A stretch of 32,000 bases of DNA from Sinorhizobium meliloti (GCF_017876815.1 NZ_JAGIOS010000001.1:1080001-1112000); one strand, 5' to 3'; positions 9,334 through 18,642 are shown, counted from the stretch's first letter. Notes: a model not told the origin generated them from the letters alone. Made by a program: numbers and translations.

Positions 9334-10962
9334 TCAGGCGTCCTGATCCGCGCCTTCGGCGACCTCGATCGTCTCATCCTGCTCCTGTTCCTCCTCCTGC
9401 TGCTTGACCAGGTCCTCTTCGGTAATCCAGCCGGCGGCCAGACGAGCCTGCACGATCATCGTTTCGGCCTCTTCCCGGGTGACTTCGAACTTCGAGAAGA
9501 TGCCTTCGAAGCGCTTGGTCTCGCCATCCTTGCGCTCGGTCCAGCCGACCAGGTCGTCGGCGGCGCAGCCGGCAAAGTCCTCGATCGTCTTGATGCCTTC
9601 CTCGCCGAGAGCGACCAGCATCTGGCTGGTGAGGCCATCGATCGTGCGCAGCTCGTCGGAAACGCCGAGCTCCTTGCGCTTGGCATCCATTTCCGCCTCG
9701 ATCTTTTCGAGATATTCGCGGGCGCGGGTCTGGAGCTCGTTTGCCGTATCCTCGTCGAAGCCCTCGATCGAGGAGATTTCGTCGAGTTCGACATAGGCGA
9801 GCTCTTCGACCTGGGCAAAGCCCTCGGAGGCGAGCACCTGACCGACCATCTCGTCGACGTCCAGCGCATCCATGAAGAGCTGCGTGCGCTCGTTGAATTC
9901 CTTCTGGCGACGCTCGCTCTCCTCCTGCTCGGTGAGGATATCGATGTCCCAGCCGGTCAGCTGCGACGCAAGGCGCACGTTCTGGCCGCGGCGGCCGATG
10001 GCGAGCGAAAGCTGCTCGTCCGGAACCACGACCTCGATGCGTTCCGCGTCCTCGTCGAGAACCACCTTGGCCACTTCCGCCGGCTGCAGCGCATTGACGA
10101 TGAAGGAAGCCGGATCCGGCGACCAGGGAATGATATCGATCTTCTCGCCCTGGAGCTCGCCGACCACGGCCTGCACGCGCGAGCCGCGCATACCGACGCA
10201 GGCGCCGACCGGATCGATCGACGAATCGTTGGAGACGACGGCGATCTTGGCGCGCGAGCCCGGGTCGCGGGCAACCGACTTGATCTGGATGATGCCGTCG
10301 TAGATTTCCGGCACCTCCATGGTGAAGAGCTTCACCATGAACTGCGGATGCGTGCGCGACAGGAAGATCTGCGGTCCGCGCTGCTCGCGGCGGACGTCGT
10401 AGACGAAGGCACGGACGCGGTCGCCATAGCGCATGTTCTCACGCGGGATCATCTCGTCGCGGCGGATGATGCCCTCGCCGCGGCCGAGATCGACGATGAC
10501 GTTGCCGTATTCGACGCGCTTGACAGTGCCGTTGACGATCTCGCCGACCCGATCCTTGAACTCGTCGTACTGACGATCGCGCTCGGCTTCGCGCACCTTC
10601 TGCACGATTACCTGCTTGGCGGACTGGGCGGCGATACGGCCGAAGTCCATGGGCGGCAGCGGATCGGCGATGAAATCGCCGAGCTTTGCATCGGGATTGC
10701 GGTCGCGGGCGAGCTCGATCGGGATCTGGGTCGAATAGTCCTCGGCCTTCTCGACCACTTCCAGGAGACGCTGCAGACGGATTTCACCGGTCTTCGGATT
10801 GATGTCGGCGCGGATGTTCGATTCCGAACCGTAGCGCGAACGAGCCGCCTTCTGGATCGCGTCCGCCATCGCGGCCAGAACGATCTCGCGGTCGATCACC
10901 TTTTCGCGTGCCACAGCATCTGCGATCTGCAGAAGTTCGAGCCGGTTAGCACTGACTGCCAT
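9334..10962 (-). CDS. nusA: Transcription termination/antitermination factor NusA
   Basis: The track ORF is 9334..11001. I prefer the ATG at 10962 ([28 protein letters not shown]...) because a GGAGA Shine-Dalgarno lies just upstream and it matches the usual NusA N-terminus. S1/KH region and an acidic C-terminal tail are present. Confidence 0.93.
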   Translation of the reverse strand: MAVSANRLELLQIADAVAREKVIDREIVLAAMADAIQKAARSRYGSESNIRADINPKTGEIRLQRLLEVVEKAEDYSTQIPIELARDRNPDAKLGDFIADPLPPMDFGRIAAQSAKQVIVQKVREAERDRQYDEFKDRVGEIVNGTVKRVEYGNVIVDLGRGEGIIRRDEMIPRENMRYGDRVRAFVYDVRREQRGPQIFLSRTHPQFMVKLFTMEVPEIYDGIIQIKSVARDPGSRAKIAVVSNDSSIDPVGACVGMRGSRVQAVVGELQGEKIDIIPWSPDPASFIVNALQPAEVAKVVLDEDAERIEVVVPDEQLSLAIGRRGQNVRLASQLTGWDIDILTEQEESERRQKEFNERTQLFMDALDVDEMVGQVLASEGFAQVEELAYVELDEISSIEGFDEDTANELQTRAREYLEKIEAEMDAKRKELGVSDELRTIDGLTSQMLVALGEEGIKTIEDFAGCAADDLVGWTERKDGETKRFEGIFSKFEVTREEAETMIVQARLAAGWITEEDLVKQQEEEQEQDETIEVAEGADQDA

Positions 10963-11007
10963 GTCTTGTCTCCGTCTGTTGCAGGCGCATCGAAAGCGCA
11001 CCCAGCC

Positions 11008-11625
11008 TTATTCGTTATCCGTGTCTTCGTCTTCGAAGTTTTCGTTGGCGGCGCGCGCGGCCTTGGCTTTCTTGTCGGCCGTCAGCGCGTCGCGGATGAG
11101 CTCGTCCGTCAGGATCAGCCGCGCCTCCGAAAGCGCCGTGAACGGGATCGCGACTGCCGCCTCTTCGCCATAGGCGGGCTGATCGCGCTCGAGCCGGAAA
11201 CCATCCTCGTCCACCGAAACGATCTTGCCGCGGAAGCGCTTGCGCCCGTCGACCATGACCGACGTCTCGCACTTCACAAGATGGCCCTGCCAGCGGATGA
11301 AGTCGGACCTGCGCACCATGGGGCGATCGATGCCCGGGGACGACACTTCGAGATGATACGCCTTGTCGATCGGATCTTCCACATCGAGAACCGGCGAGAT
11401 CGCCTTAGAGACCTCCTCGCAATCCTCGACGGTCATGGTGCCGTCGTTGCGTTCGGTCATGACCTGCAGCGTCAGGCCGTTCTGACCGGACATACGCACG
11501 CGCACCAGGCGGAAACCCATATCCACGAGCACCGGCTCGATGATGTCGGCAACACGCCGGTCGAGGCCTGTTTCGGTAATCAGCCGGGGTTCATTCGTAT
11601 TTTCAGCCGTTGTCGTGTCGGACAA
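11008..11625 (-). CDS. rimP: Ribosome maturation factor RimP
   Basis: 205-aa ORF ...[20 protein letters not shown]...[26 protein letters not shown]... The TTG start at 11623-11625 is preceded by GAGGAGAGGA. First gene of the rimP-nusA-infB cluster. Confidence 0.9.
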
Positions 11626-11650
11626 ACGATCCTCTCCTCGTCGGACCGGC

Positions 11651-11686
11651 TAATAAAAAAGAGCGGGTCCTCACGGCCCCACTCTT
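11651..11686 (-). terminator. Intrinsic-terminator-like hairpin inside the rimP leader (candidate attenuator)
   Basis: The minus-strand RNA reads GAGUGGGGCC-GUGA-GGACCCGCUC followed by UUUUUUAUUA. It lies between the predicted promoter (11715-11743) and the rimP Shine-Dalgarno/TTG. No upstream minus-strand gene needs terminating, because the neighbouring gene diverges on the plus strand. Confidence 0.6.
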
Positions 11687-11714
11687 CATCTAACCGATCA
11701 AGAATTTGAGGCTC

Positions 11715-11743
11715 ATATACGCTTCATCGCCGTAAATTGCAAG
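11715..11743 (-). promoter_or_regulatory. Candidate sigma-70 promoter of rimP-nusA-infB
   Basis: The minus strand reads CTTGCA-N17-GTATAT. The alphaproteobacterial consensus is CTTGAC-N17-CTATAT. The -10 element is about 90 nt upstream of the rimP start. Confidence 0.5.
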
Positions 11744-11847
11744 GGTCGCGCAGGCGCCGGGCCGGACCTTTCGGCCCGATCGCAAGTTTCAGCGTCTGGC
11801 GCATCGCATTTCGAGGTTTATAACGAAGCAATCCAGAAGCAATCCAC

Positions 11848-13503
11848 ATGACGATCAACCGAAAGAGATCAGAGGTGACGAACCGCATATCGCCGTTGGC
11901 GCCCTTCAGGCACGACATCTTCCGCACCATCTGGATCGCGAGCCTTGCCTCCAATTTCGGCGGGCTGATCCAGGCCGTGGGTGCGGCCTGGCTCATGACG
12001 TCCATTTCGCAATCGGTGAACATGGTGGCGCTGGTGCAGGCGTCGACCTCGCTGCCGATCATGCTCTTCTCGCTGGTTTCCGGCGCACTTGCCGACAATT
12101 TCGACCGGCGGCGGATCATGCTCGTCGCGCAGAGCTTCATGCTCGCCGTCTCGGCGCTGCTCACCGTCTGCGCCTATTACGGTATCGTTACGCCGTGGCT
12201 CCTGCTCATCTTCACCTTTCTCCTCGGCTGCGGCACGGCTCTCAACAATCCGTCCTGGCAGGCCTCGGTCGGCGACATGGTTCCGCGCGACGACCTGCCG
12301 GCAGCGGTGGCGCTGAACAGCATGGGATTCAATCTTACCCGCAGCGTCGGTCCGGCGATCGGCGGCGCCATCGTCGCGGCCGCGGGTGCGGCGGCCGCCT
12401 TCGCCGCCAATACGCTCAGCTATTTCGCGATCCTTTTCGCGCTCGCCCGATGGAAACCGGTCGCTCCGGAAAACCGGCTGCCGCGCGAGACGCTCGGGCG
12501 CGCCGTTTCTGCAGGGCTGCGCTACGTGGCGATGTCGCCCAATATCGGCAAGGTGCTCGTGCGCGGCTTCGCCTTCGGCCTTTCGGCGAGCGCCATACTT
12601 GCACTGCTGCCGCTGGTGGCACGCGACCTCGTCGGCGGCGGCCCGCTCACCTATGGCGTCATGCTCGGCGCCTTCGGCGTCGGCGCGATCGGCGGCGCGC
12701 TCCTGAGCGCAAGACTAAGGGAATTCCTCACGAGCGAGGCGATCGTGCGCTATGCCTTCGCCGGCTTCGCCTTCAGCGCCCTGGTCACGGCCATCAGCCC
12801 GCAGGCCTGGCTGACCTGCCTCGTGCTCGCCGTTTCCGGCGCCTGCTGGGTGCTGGCGCTGTCGCTCTTCAACACGACGGTACAGCTCTCCACGCCGCGC
12901 TGGGTCGTCGGCCGGGCGCTTTCGCTCTACCAGACCATGACCTTCGGCGGGATTGCCGGCGGCAGCTGGCTCTGGGGCGTCACTGCCGAACAATACGGCG
13001 CGGCCAACGCACTCATCGGCTCCTGTCTTCTGATGCTCGCGGGGGCGGCAATCGGACTGCGCTTCGCCCTGCCGGAGTTCAAGTCGCTCAATCTCGACCC
13101 GCTCAACCGCTTCAACGAGCCGCTGCTCGAGCTCGACCTGAAGCCGCGCAGCGGCCCCATCGTCGTCATGATCGACTACGAAATCGCCGATGAAGACATC
13201 CCCGAATTCCTGAAGACGATGGCGGAGCGGCGGCGCATCCGCATCCGCGACGGAGCCGGCCACTGGGCGCTGATGCGCGACCTCGAGAACCCGACTACCT
13301 GGACCGAGACCTACCACGTGCCGACCTGGGTCGAATATGTCCGCCACAATCAGCGGCGCACCCAGGCCGATGCCGCCGTCGGCGACAAGCTGACCGCATT
13401 CCATCGCGGCCCGAACCCGCCGCGTGTCCATCGCATGATCGAGCGCCAGACGATCGTCCCCGATCACTACGAGCGCTACAAGCGGTCCGTCGAGATGCAT
13501 TGA
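11848..13503 (+). CDS. MFS transporter (MFS_3 / EntS-like family) with a C-terminal soluble extension of about 140 aa
   Basis: 551-aa ORF. About 12 hydrophobic segments run through residue ~408, with an ADNFDRRRIM loop motif. The tail is hydrophilic (IVVMIDYEIADEDIPEFLKTMAERRRIRIRDGAGHW...). Confidence 0.85.
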   Translation: MTINRKRSEVTNRISPLAPFRHDIFRTIWIASLASNFGGLIQAVGAAWLMTSISQSVNMVALVQASTSLPIMLFSLVSGALADNFDRRRIMLVAQSFMLAVSALLTVCAYYGIVTPWLLLIFTFLLGCGTALNNPSWQASVGDMVPRDDLPAAVALNSMGFNLTRSVGPAIGGAIVAAAGAAAAFAANTLSYFAILFALARWKPVAPENRLPRETLGRAVSAGLRYVAMSPNIGKVLVRGFAFGLSASAILALLPLVARDLVGGGPLTYGVMLGAFGVGAIGGALLSARLREFLTSEAIVRYAFAGFAFSALVTAISPQAWLTCLVLAVSGACWVLALSLFNTTVQLSTPRWVVGRALSLYQTMTFGGIAGGSWLWGVTAEQYGAANALIGSCLLMLAGAAIGLRFALPEFKSLNLDPLNRFNEPLLELDLKPRSGPIVVMIDYEIADEDIPEFLKTMAERRRIRIRDGAGHWALMRDLENPTTWTETYHVPTWVEYVRHNQRRTQADAAVGDKLTAFHRGPNPPRVHRMIERQTIVPDHYERYKRSVEMH

Positions 13504-13507
13504 GACC

Positions 13508-13580
13508 GAGGGGCGTGATCAAGCCCCTCTCCTCGGGTTTAACCCGAGGACTAACCCTCTCCCCGCATGCGGGGAGAGGG
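13508..13580. repeat. Three consecutive palindromic hairpins after the MFS_3 stop
   Basis: GAGGGGC-N8-GCCCCTC (13508-13529). CCTCGGG-TTTAA-CCCGAGG (13531-13549). Perfect 26-nt palindrome CCCTCTCCCCGCATGCGGGGAGAGGG (13555-13580). They lie between convergent genes. Confidence 0.8.
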
Positions 13581-13637
13581 AACGTGGCACCGTGAAACGC
13601 TGGTGATTATGATGGCCGAGGCGATCGCCGCTTGTGC

Positions 13638-13686
13638 CTTCGCCCCGCCTGCGGGGAGAAGGTGCCGGCAGGCGGATGAGGGGCGG
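13638..13686 (+). repeat. About 50-nt rhizobial intergenic palindromic repeat unit (hairpin plus 24-nt tail), copy 1
   Basis: CCTTCGCCCCGC-CT-GCGGGGAGAAGG followed by TGCCGGCAGGCGGATGAGGGGCGG. It is the reverse complement of 25787-25836 with a single mismatch. Confidence 0.85.
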
Positions 13687-13710
13687 ACGCATGCCGCACC
13701 CAACCGAAGA

Positions 13711-14949
13711 TCACCGCAGCTTTGCTTTCAGCGAAACATCCGGAAAGCAGGTCGGCTCGAGGCCGCTCTTCGCCTGCCAGTCGCCGAGCGAGCGGCGCGT
13801 CTTGTAGCCCGGCAGCCCGTCGGCCTTGCCGACGTCGTAGCCTTTCGCGACCAGCGCCTTCTGCATGCCGAGCACATCGGATCGCAGCATGCCGCCGACG
13901 TCGCCCCATCTGCCGCGGAAGGCACCGCCTCCGGAAGCGATGCGATCGGCCAAATTGCCGATGTAAAGCGCGTAGAGATCGGAATTGTTGTATTCCTTGA
14001 TCACGTAGAAATTCGGCGTGACGATGAATTGCGGTCCATGGGTCCCCGCCGGGACGAGCATCATGCCTGCGGCGGCACGTTCTGCTGCCGGGAAGGCCTT
14101 GCCCGAAATGCGGCCGATCCCCATGCCGGCCCATTCGGCGATCGGGCGGGCAAGGTCCGGGCCCTCCTGGGCGCAGGAGACGCCCGAGGGGATCGCAACC
14201 TCGAAACCCCAGTCGCGCCCGCTCTGCCAGCCCTTCTGCGCCAGATAATTGGCAATCGAAGCGAGGCTGTCCGGCACGGAATTCCAGATGTCGCGGCGTC
14301 CGTCCCCGTCGAAATCGACCGCATATTTCAGAAAGCTCGAAGGCAGGAACTGCGGCTGGCCCATGGCACCCGCCCAGGAGCCGCGCATCTGCGCCTCCTT
14401 GACGTCACCGCTGTCGAGAATGTGCAGCGCCGCGATCAGTTCGCGCCGGAAAAGCTCCGGCCGGGTCGACATGAAAGCCTTGGTCGCCAGCACATCCATG
14501 ATCGGATGCGGGATCTTCGCCCGACCGAAGCCGGATTCCTTGCCCCATATGGCAAGGACGATCTGACCGGGAACACCATAGGTCCGCTCGATCCGCTTCA
14601 AGGTCGAGGCGTGGGCGGAGGCGAGGCTGCGGCCCGTCGCAGCAAGACCCTGCAGGCGCTTTTCCGAGAAATAGGACCCGGGAGAGGAAAACTCGGCCTG
14701 GCTCTGCTTGCGCTGCTTCGGTTTCGGGAAGCCGGGCGGCGCGAGGTCGGGCAGATCCCAGTCGAGCCTGACGCCCTTGAAGGCTGCTTCGAAGGCCGCG
14801 TTCGATATGCCGGCCTTCTTCGCCTCCGGCCAGAGATCGTTTCGAAGCCACTGACGGAACTGCGTTTCGACGTCGGCCTTGGAAGCGGCGAAGGAGAAGG
14901 TGGCGAAAGACAGGCAGGCCAGGAGCAGAACGGAAAGGAATCTCAGCAT
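13711..14949 (-). CDS. Lytic murein transglycosylase (MltB/SLT_2-like) with a C-terminal peptidoglycan-binding domain
   Basis: 412-aa ORF. Signal peptide MLRFLSVLLLACLSFATFSFAAS. The core includes ...LAIWGKESGFG...GAMGQPQFLPSSF.... The C-terminus is KALVAKGYDVGKADGLPGYKTRRSLGDWQ (PG_binding_1-like). Confidence 0.88.
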   Translation of the reverse strand: MLRFLSVLLLACLSFATFSFAASKADVETQFRQWLRNDLWPEAKKAGISNAAFEAAFKGVRLDWDLPDLAPPGFPKPKQRKQSQAEFSSPGSYFSEKRLQGLAATGRSLASAHASTLKRIERTYGVPGQIVLAIWGKESGFGRAKIPHPIMDVLATKAFMSTRPELFRRELIAALHILDSGDVKEAQMRGSWAGAMGQPQFLPSSFLKYAVDFDGDGRRDIWNSVPDSLASIANYLAQKGWQSGRDWGFEVAIPSGVSCAQEGPDLARPIAEWAGMGIGRISGKAFPAAERAAAGMMLVPAGTHGPQFIVTPNFYVIKEYNNSDLYALYIGNLADRIASGGGAFRGRWGDVGGMLRSDVLGMQKALVAKGYDVGKADGLPGYKTRRSLGDWQAKSGLEPTCFPDVSLKAKLR

Positions 14950-14986
14950 CTCTTTTCCTTGAAACTGAAGCTGCGGAGGCGAATGC

Positions 14987-15592
14987 TCAAATCACCGTTC
15001 TCGCCCTAAGCGCGGCGGCCAGCGTTCCCTCGTCGAGATAGTCGAGCTCGCCGCCGACGGGCACGCCATGGGCGAGGCGCGTGATTCTCACCTCCATGCC
15101 TTCGAGTTGATCGGTGATGTAGTGCGCCGTCGTCTGGCCCTCGACGGTCGCGTTGACGGCGATGATCAGCTCGCGCACGCCACCCTTGGCGACGCGGTCG
15201 ATGAGGCCCCTTATGTTCAGATCCTCAGGCCCGATGCCGTCGAGCGGCGACAGCGTGCCGCCGAGCACGTGATAGGCGGCATTCATGGCGCCGGCGCGCT
15301 CCAGCGCCCAAAGATCGGCGACGTCCTCGACCACGATGATCACCGCCTGGTCGCGCCGTTCGTCGGTGCAGACCGTGCAGGGGTCGATGGTGTCGACATT
15401 GCCGCAGCAGGAGCAGATCTTGACCTTACGATGGGCTTCGCCCATAGCCTCGGCAAGGGGGCCGAGCAACTGCTCCTTCTTCTTGACGAGATGCAGCGCC
15501 GCGCGGCGGGCGGAACGGGGCCCGAGGCCCGGGACTTTCGCCAGGAGCTGGATGAGTTTCTCGATTTCCGGACCGGTGACTCGCTTTGCCAT
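14987..15592 (-). CDS. recR: Recombination protein RecR
   Basis: 201-aa ORF. Helix-hairpin-helix N-terminus, C4 zinc finger [16 protein letters not shown], and a Toprim domain ([15 protein letters not shown]). Confidence 0.96.
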   Translation of the reverse strand: MAKRVTGPEIEKLIQLLAKVPGLGPRSARRAALHLVKKKEQLLGPLAEAMGEAHRKVKICSCCGNVDTIDPCTVCTDERRDQAVIIVVEDVADLWALERAGAMNAAYHVLGGTLSPLDGIGPEDLNIRGLIDRVAKGGVRELIIAVNATVEGQTTAHYITDQLEGMEVRITRLAHGVPVGGELDYLDEGTLAAALRARTVI

Positions 15593-15642
15593 GCCCGGCT
15601 TTTAGACCAACCGTCTATCGCCGCCAATCGGAATCGTAGCGT

Positions 15643-16254
15643 TTAGCGGGTGGCGATAGCCACCGCCGCGCCGGCCATCGTGCCCGCACTGGCACGGTTG
15701 ACGATCCTGACTGCACGGCGGCTCTTGAGAAACTGCCGTGCCTTTGCGGCCATCAGCACCCAGGCGAGATCGATGACGACGAGGACGACGAACATGGTGG
15801 CGACGAGCTCGGCCCAGCCGAAGAGGCCGACCGAGCCGAGATCGATGATCGAGGGCAGCAGCGCCACATAGAACATCATGATCTTGGGATTGCCGAGCGT
15901 AACCGTCAGCCCGGCGAAGAACATCTTCGATGCCGATCGCGACTCCGGCAGGCTTTCGCCCGGCATTTGTGGCTCAGCCGACCACATCTTCCAGGCGAGG
16001 AAGAGGAGATAGGCGACGCCCGCCCATTTGATTGCGACGAACATCCAATGGAACGTCTCGGCGATCGCCGCGAGACCGGCAACCGCAAAGGAAAGCCATA
16101 TCGCCTCGCCGATCCACATGGCCGAGAGGAAAGGCAAGACGTCGCGCGCACCCTTGGACAGCACCCGGGCGACAAGCGCGGCAATGCTCGGCCCCGGCGA
16201 CCCGGCGGCAATCAGCAGCGCCCCGGCAAAGACGAGCAGCGATGCGACGGTCAT
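15643..16254 (-). CDS. LysE/RhtB family amino-acid exporter
   Basis: The track ORF extends to 16293. I prefer the ATG at 16254 (MTVASLLVFAGALLIAAGSPGPSIAALVARVLSKG...) because GGAGGAGGG lies directly upstream. The PGP motif and six hydrophobic segments are typical of LysE. Confidence 0.85.
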   Translation of the reverse strand: MTVASLLVFAGALLIAAGSPGPSIAALVARVLSKGARDVLPFLSAMWIGEAIWLSFAVAGLAAIAETFHWMFVAIKWAGVAYLLFLAWKMWSAEPQMPGESLPESRSASKMFFAGLTVTLGNPKIMMFYVALLPSIIDLGSVGLFGWAELVATMFVVLVVIDLAWVLMAAKARQFLKSRRAVRIVNRASAGTMAGAAVAIATR

Positions 16255-16329
16255 GTCATTCCCTCCTCCGGAAAACGGTCCGCAAGATAGCACGCATCCC
16301 GGCTGGCGCCAGCCTCTGCGGGCCGAGGA

Positions 16330-16653
16330 TCAGAACGGCAGCTTCATGCCCGGAGGAATCGGCAGCCCGGCCGTCAGTTCGCGGGTCTTTTCCGCCTGCA
16401 CCGCCTCGGCCTTGTCCTTGGCATCCTTATGGGCCGCGACGATCAGGTCTTCGAGGATCTCGACATCGTCTTCCTTGAAGAGCGAGGGATCGACCTTCAG
16501 GCTCTTCATGTGGCCCTTGCCGTCGAGACGGACGGTGACGAGCCCGCCGCCGGAGGTGCCGTCGATTTCGAGCGCGGCGATCTCCGCCTGCATCTTCTCC
16601 ATCTTGGCCTGCATTTCCTTGACCTTGCCCATCATGCCCATGATGTCGCGCAT
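16330..16653 (-). CDS. ybaB: Nucleoid-associated protein YbaB/EbfC
   Basis: 107-aa [61 protein letters not shown]... Conserved position after dnaX. Confidence 0.95.
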   Translation of the reverse strand: MRDIMGMMGKVKEMQAKMEKMQAEIAALEIDGTSGGGLVTVRLDGKGHMKSLKVDPSLFKEDDVEILEDLIVAAHKDAKDKAEAVQAEKTRELTAGLPIPPGMKLPF

Positions 16654-16761
16654 CGTCGTCTCCTGTTCTCTGGTATTCTTTGTCCCTATGCACTTCCGGA
16701 CGGAAAACCGTTACACATTTTTCCTGGAAATGCTCTGAAGCGCCGCGTCTGTACGACGCGG

Positions 16762-18642
16762 CTACTCGATGTCGTCGTCCGGGACGATGTCGCCGTCCTC
16801 GGATTCGGCCGCGGCCGGAGCGAGGCTCTCGAGCTCCTCTTCCGCCGCGCGGATGCGCACGTCGGTGATCCTGGCCCCGGGAAAGCGCGCAAGAATGGCA
16901 GCGACGTCCGGGTCCTGGCGCGCATCGTTGACGCGCTGCTCCTGCGCGCGCTGCTCTGCCTCGACAAGGGTCGGCTCGCCCTGCTCCCGACTGTAGCTCA
17001 CGACCCAATGGATACCCGTCCATTCCTTGAGCTTGACGGCGAGTTCGTTCAGCAGCGTCTTCGGTGCGTCGTCGGGCAGATTGACGTCGAGCCGGCCGGG
17101 TTCGATATGCACGAGCCTCAGGAAACCGCGCACCATCGTCTTCAGCTTGATGTCGCGATTCTTGGCGCAGAGATCAGCGATGTCGCCGATGGAATTGACG
17201 GGAACCTTCGGTTCGGGTTTCGCAGCGGCGCTCGCGACCGTGCGCTCTTCGATGCGGCCGACACTGATCGGCTGGGGCGGCGCGGAGCTCGGCACGGCGC
17301 GCAGCATGGTCGCGCCATTACCGCTTGGACGCGAGACTGCCGTCTCCACGGCGCGAGCCTCGACGGGGGTGCCTGCAGGCGCCTGCGCACCGCCGCCGCC
17401 ACCACCGCCGTTCGGGGCCGGGCGACCGCCGCCTTCGCCGCCCGAAAGATCGAGAAGCCGCCGCGCGGCCTCTTCGGGCGAAGGCAGATGGGCGGCATGG
17501 GCGAGCCTGATCAGCACCATCTCGGCAGCACCTGCGGGGCGCGCAGAGCTCTCCGCCTCGGGAATGCCCTTGAGCAACATCTGCCAGACGCGCGAAAGCG
17601 TCGTCACGGCAACGCTGCCGGCGAATTCGGCCCCGCGCGTGCGCTCGATCTCGCTCAGCGACTGGTCGTTGACCGCGTCCGGCACATATTTCAGCCTTGT
17701 CACGAGGTGGGTGAAGTCGGCAAGGTCGGTGAGGACCACGGTCGGATTGGCGCCGGCTTCGTATTGCGCGGCGAACTCGTCGAGCGCGCCGGCGACATCG
17801 CCCTTGATGACATGCTCGAACAGGTCGACGATCCGCGCCCGATCGGCAAGGCCGAGCATCGAGCGCACGGTTTCGATCTCGACCGAACCGCCGCCATGGG
17901 CGATCGCCTGATCGAGCAGCGACAGGCCGTCGCGCGCCGAGCCTTCCGCTGCCCGCGCCACCATCGCCAGCGCCTCCGGATCGAAGGGCACGCCCTCCTT
18001 GCCGAGAATGGTGGAGAAGAGGCCGACCAGATCGGAAGCGCTGATGCGCCGGAGATCGAAGCGCTGGCAGCGCGACAGGACGGTAATCGGAACCTTGCGG
18101 ATTTCGGTCGTGGCGAAAATGAACTTCACATGCTCCGGCGGCTCTTCGAGCGTCTTCAGCAGGCCATTGAAGGCCTGCGTCGAGAGCATGTGCACTTCGT
18201 CGATGATATAGACCTTGTAGCGCGCGGAGACCGGCCGATAGCGTACCTGCTCGATGATCTCGCGGATATCGTCGATCCCGGTATGCGAGGCGGCGTCCAT
18301 CTCGATCACGTCGACATGGCGGCCGTCCATGATCGCCTGGCAATGTTCGCCGGGGACGCGCAGGTCGATGGTGGGCTTGTCGATCTCGGCGGTCTTGTAG
18401 TTCAGCGCCCGTGCCAGGATACGCGCCGTCGTCGTCTTGCCGACGCCGCGAACGCCGGTCAGCATGTAGGCCTGGGCGATGCGGCCGGTTTCGAAGGCGT
18501 TGGTGAGCGTGCGCACCATCGGCTCCTGGCCGACCATCAGGTCGGAGAAGTCCTTGGGGCGGTATTTGCGCGCCAGAACACGGTAGGCGGCCGGTTTCTC
18601 GACGGGTAAAATCGGGGATGAAGTGGGCGCTTCGTCGCTCAT
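16762..18642 (-). CDS. dnaX: DNA polymerase III subunits gamma/tau
   Basis: 626-aa ORF. AAA+ clamp-loader N-terminus (YRPKDFSDLMVGQEP..., P-loop GVRGVGKTTTARILA, DEVHMLS, SRCQRF). Gly/Pro-rich central linker and tau-type C-terminus. Confidence 0.96.
   Translation of the reverse strand: MSDEAPTSSPILPVEKPAAYRVLARKYRPKDFSDLMVGQEPMVRTLTNAFETGRIAQAYMLTGVRGVGKTTTARILARALNYKTAEIDKPTIDLRVPGEHCQAIMDGRHVDVIEMDAASHTGIDDIREIIEQVRYRPVSARYKVYIIDEVHMLSTQAFNGLLKTLEEPPEHVKFIFATTEIRKVPITVLSRCQRFDLRRISASDLVGLFSTILGKEGVPFDPEALAMVARAAEGSARDGLSLLDQAIAHGGGSVEIETVRSMLGLADRARIVDLFEHVIKGDVAGALDEFAAQYEAGANPTVVLTDLADFTHLVTRLKYVPDAVNDQSLSEIERTRGAEFAGSVAVTTLSRVWQMLLKGIPEAESSARPAGAAEMVLIRLAHAAHLPSPEEAARRLLDLSGGEGGGRPAPNGGGGGGGAQAPAGTPVEARAVETAVSRPSGNGATMLRAVPSSAPPQPISVGRIEERTVASAAAKPEPKVPVNSIGDIADLCAKNRDIKLKTMVRGFLRLVHIEPGRLDVNLPDDAPKTLLNELAVKLKEWTGIHWVVSYSREQGEPTLVEAEQRAQEQRVNDARQDPDVAAILARFPGARITDVRIRAAEEELESLAPAAAESEDGDIVPDDDIE

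Noticed and set aside
10348-11709. 453-aa plus-strand ORF opposite nusA and rimP
   Set aside because: It is antisense to two conserved genes and crosses their intergenic gap, so it is a shadow frame.
13567-15009. 480-aa plus-strand ORF opposite the transglycosylase
   Set aside because: The minus-strand frame has a signal peptide, transglycosylase motifs and a PG-binding motif. The plus-strand ORF starts inside the palindromic repeat region.
16742-16762. Hairpin GCCGCGTC-TGTAC-GACGCGGC immediately after the dnaX stop as a dnaX terminator
   Set aside because: No U-tract follows, and ybaB follows in the same orientation within a conserved operon. It is more likely an mRNA structure than a terminator, so it is left uncalled.
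16429-18609. 726-aa plus-strand ORF, and the 478-aa minus-strand alternative frame (17318..18754), over dnaX
   Set aside because: The dnaX frame carries the P-loop and clamp-loader motifs. The alternatives are Arg/Gly/Asp-rich shadows, and the second would run through the SRP RNA.
16762-18642. E. coli-style programmed -1 frameshift site (A AAA AAG) in dnaX producing gamma
   Set aside because: I found no A-rich slippery heptamer in the coding strand. The only low-complexity feature is a Gly run (NGGGGGGGAQ) encoded by GGN repeats at ~17390-17410. If gamma exists it would have to arise another way.
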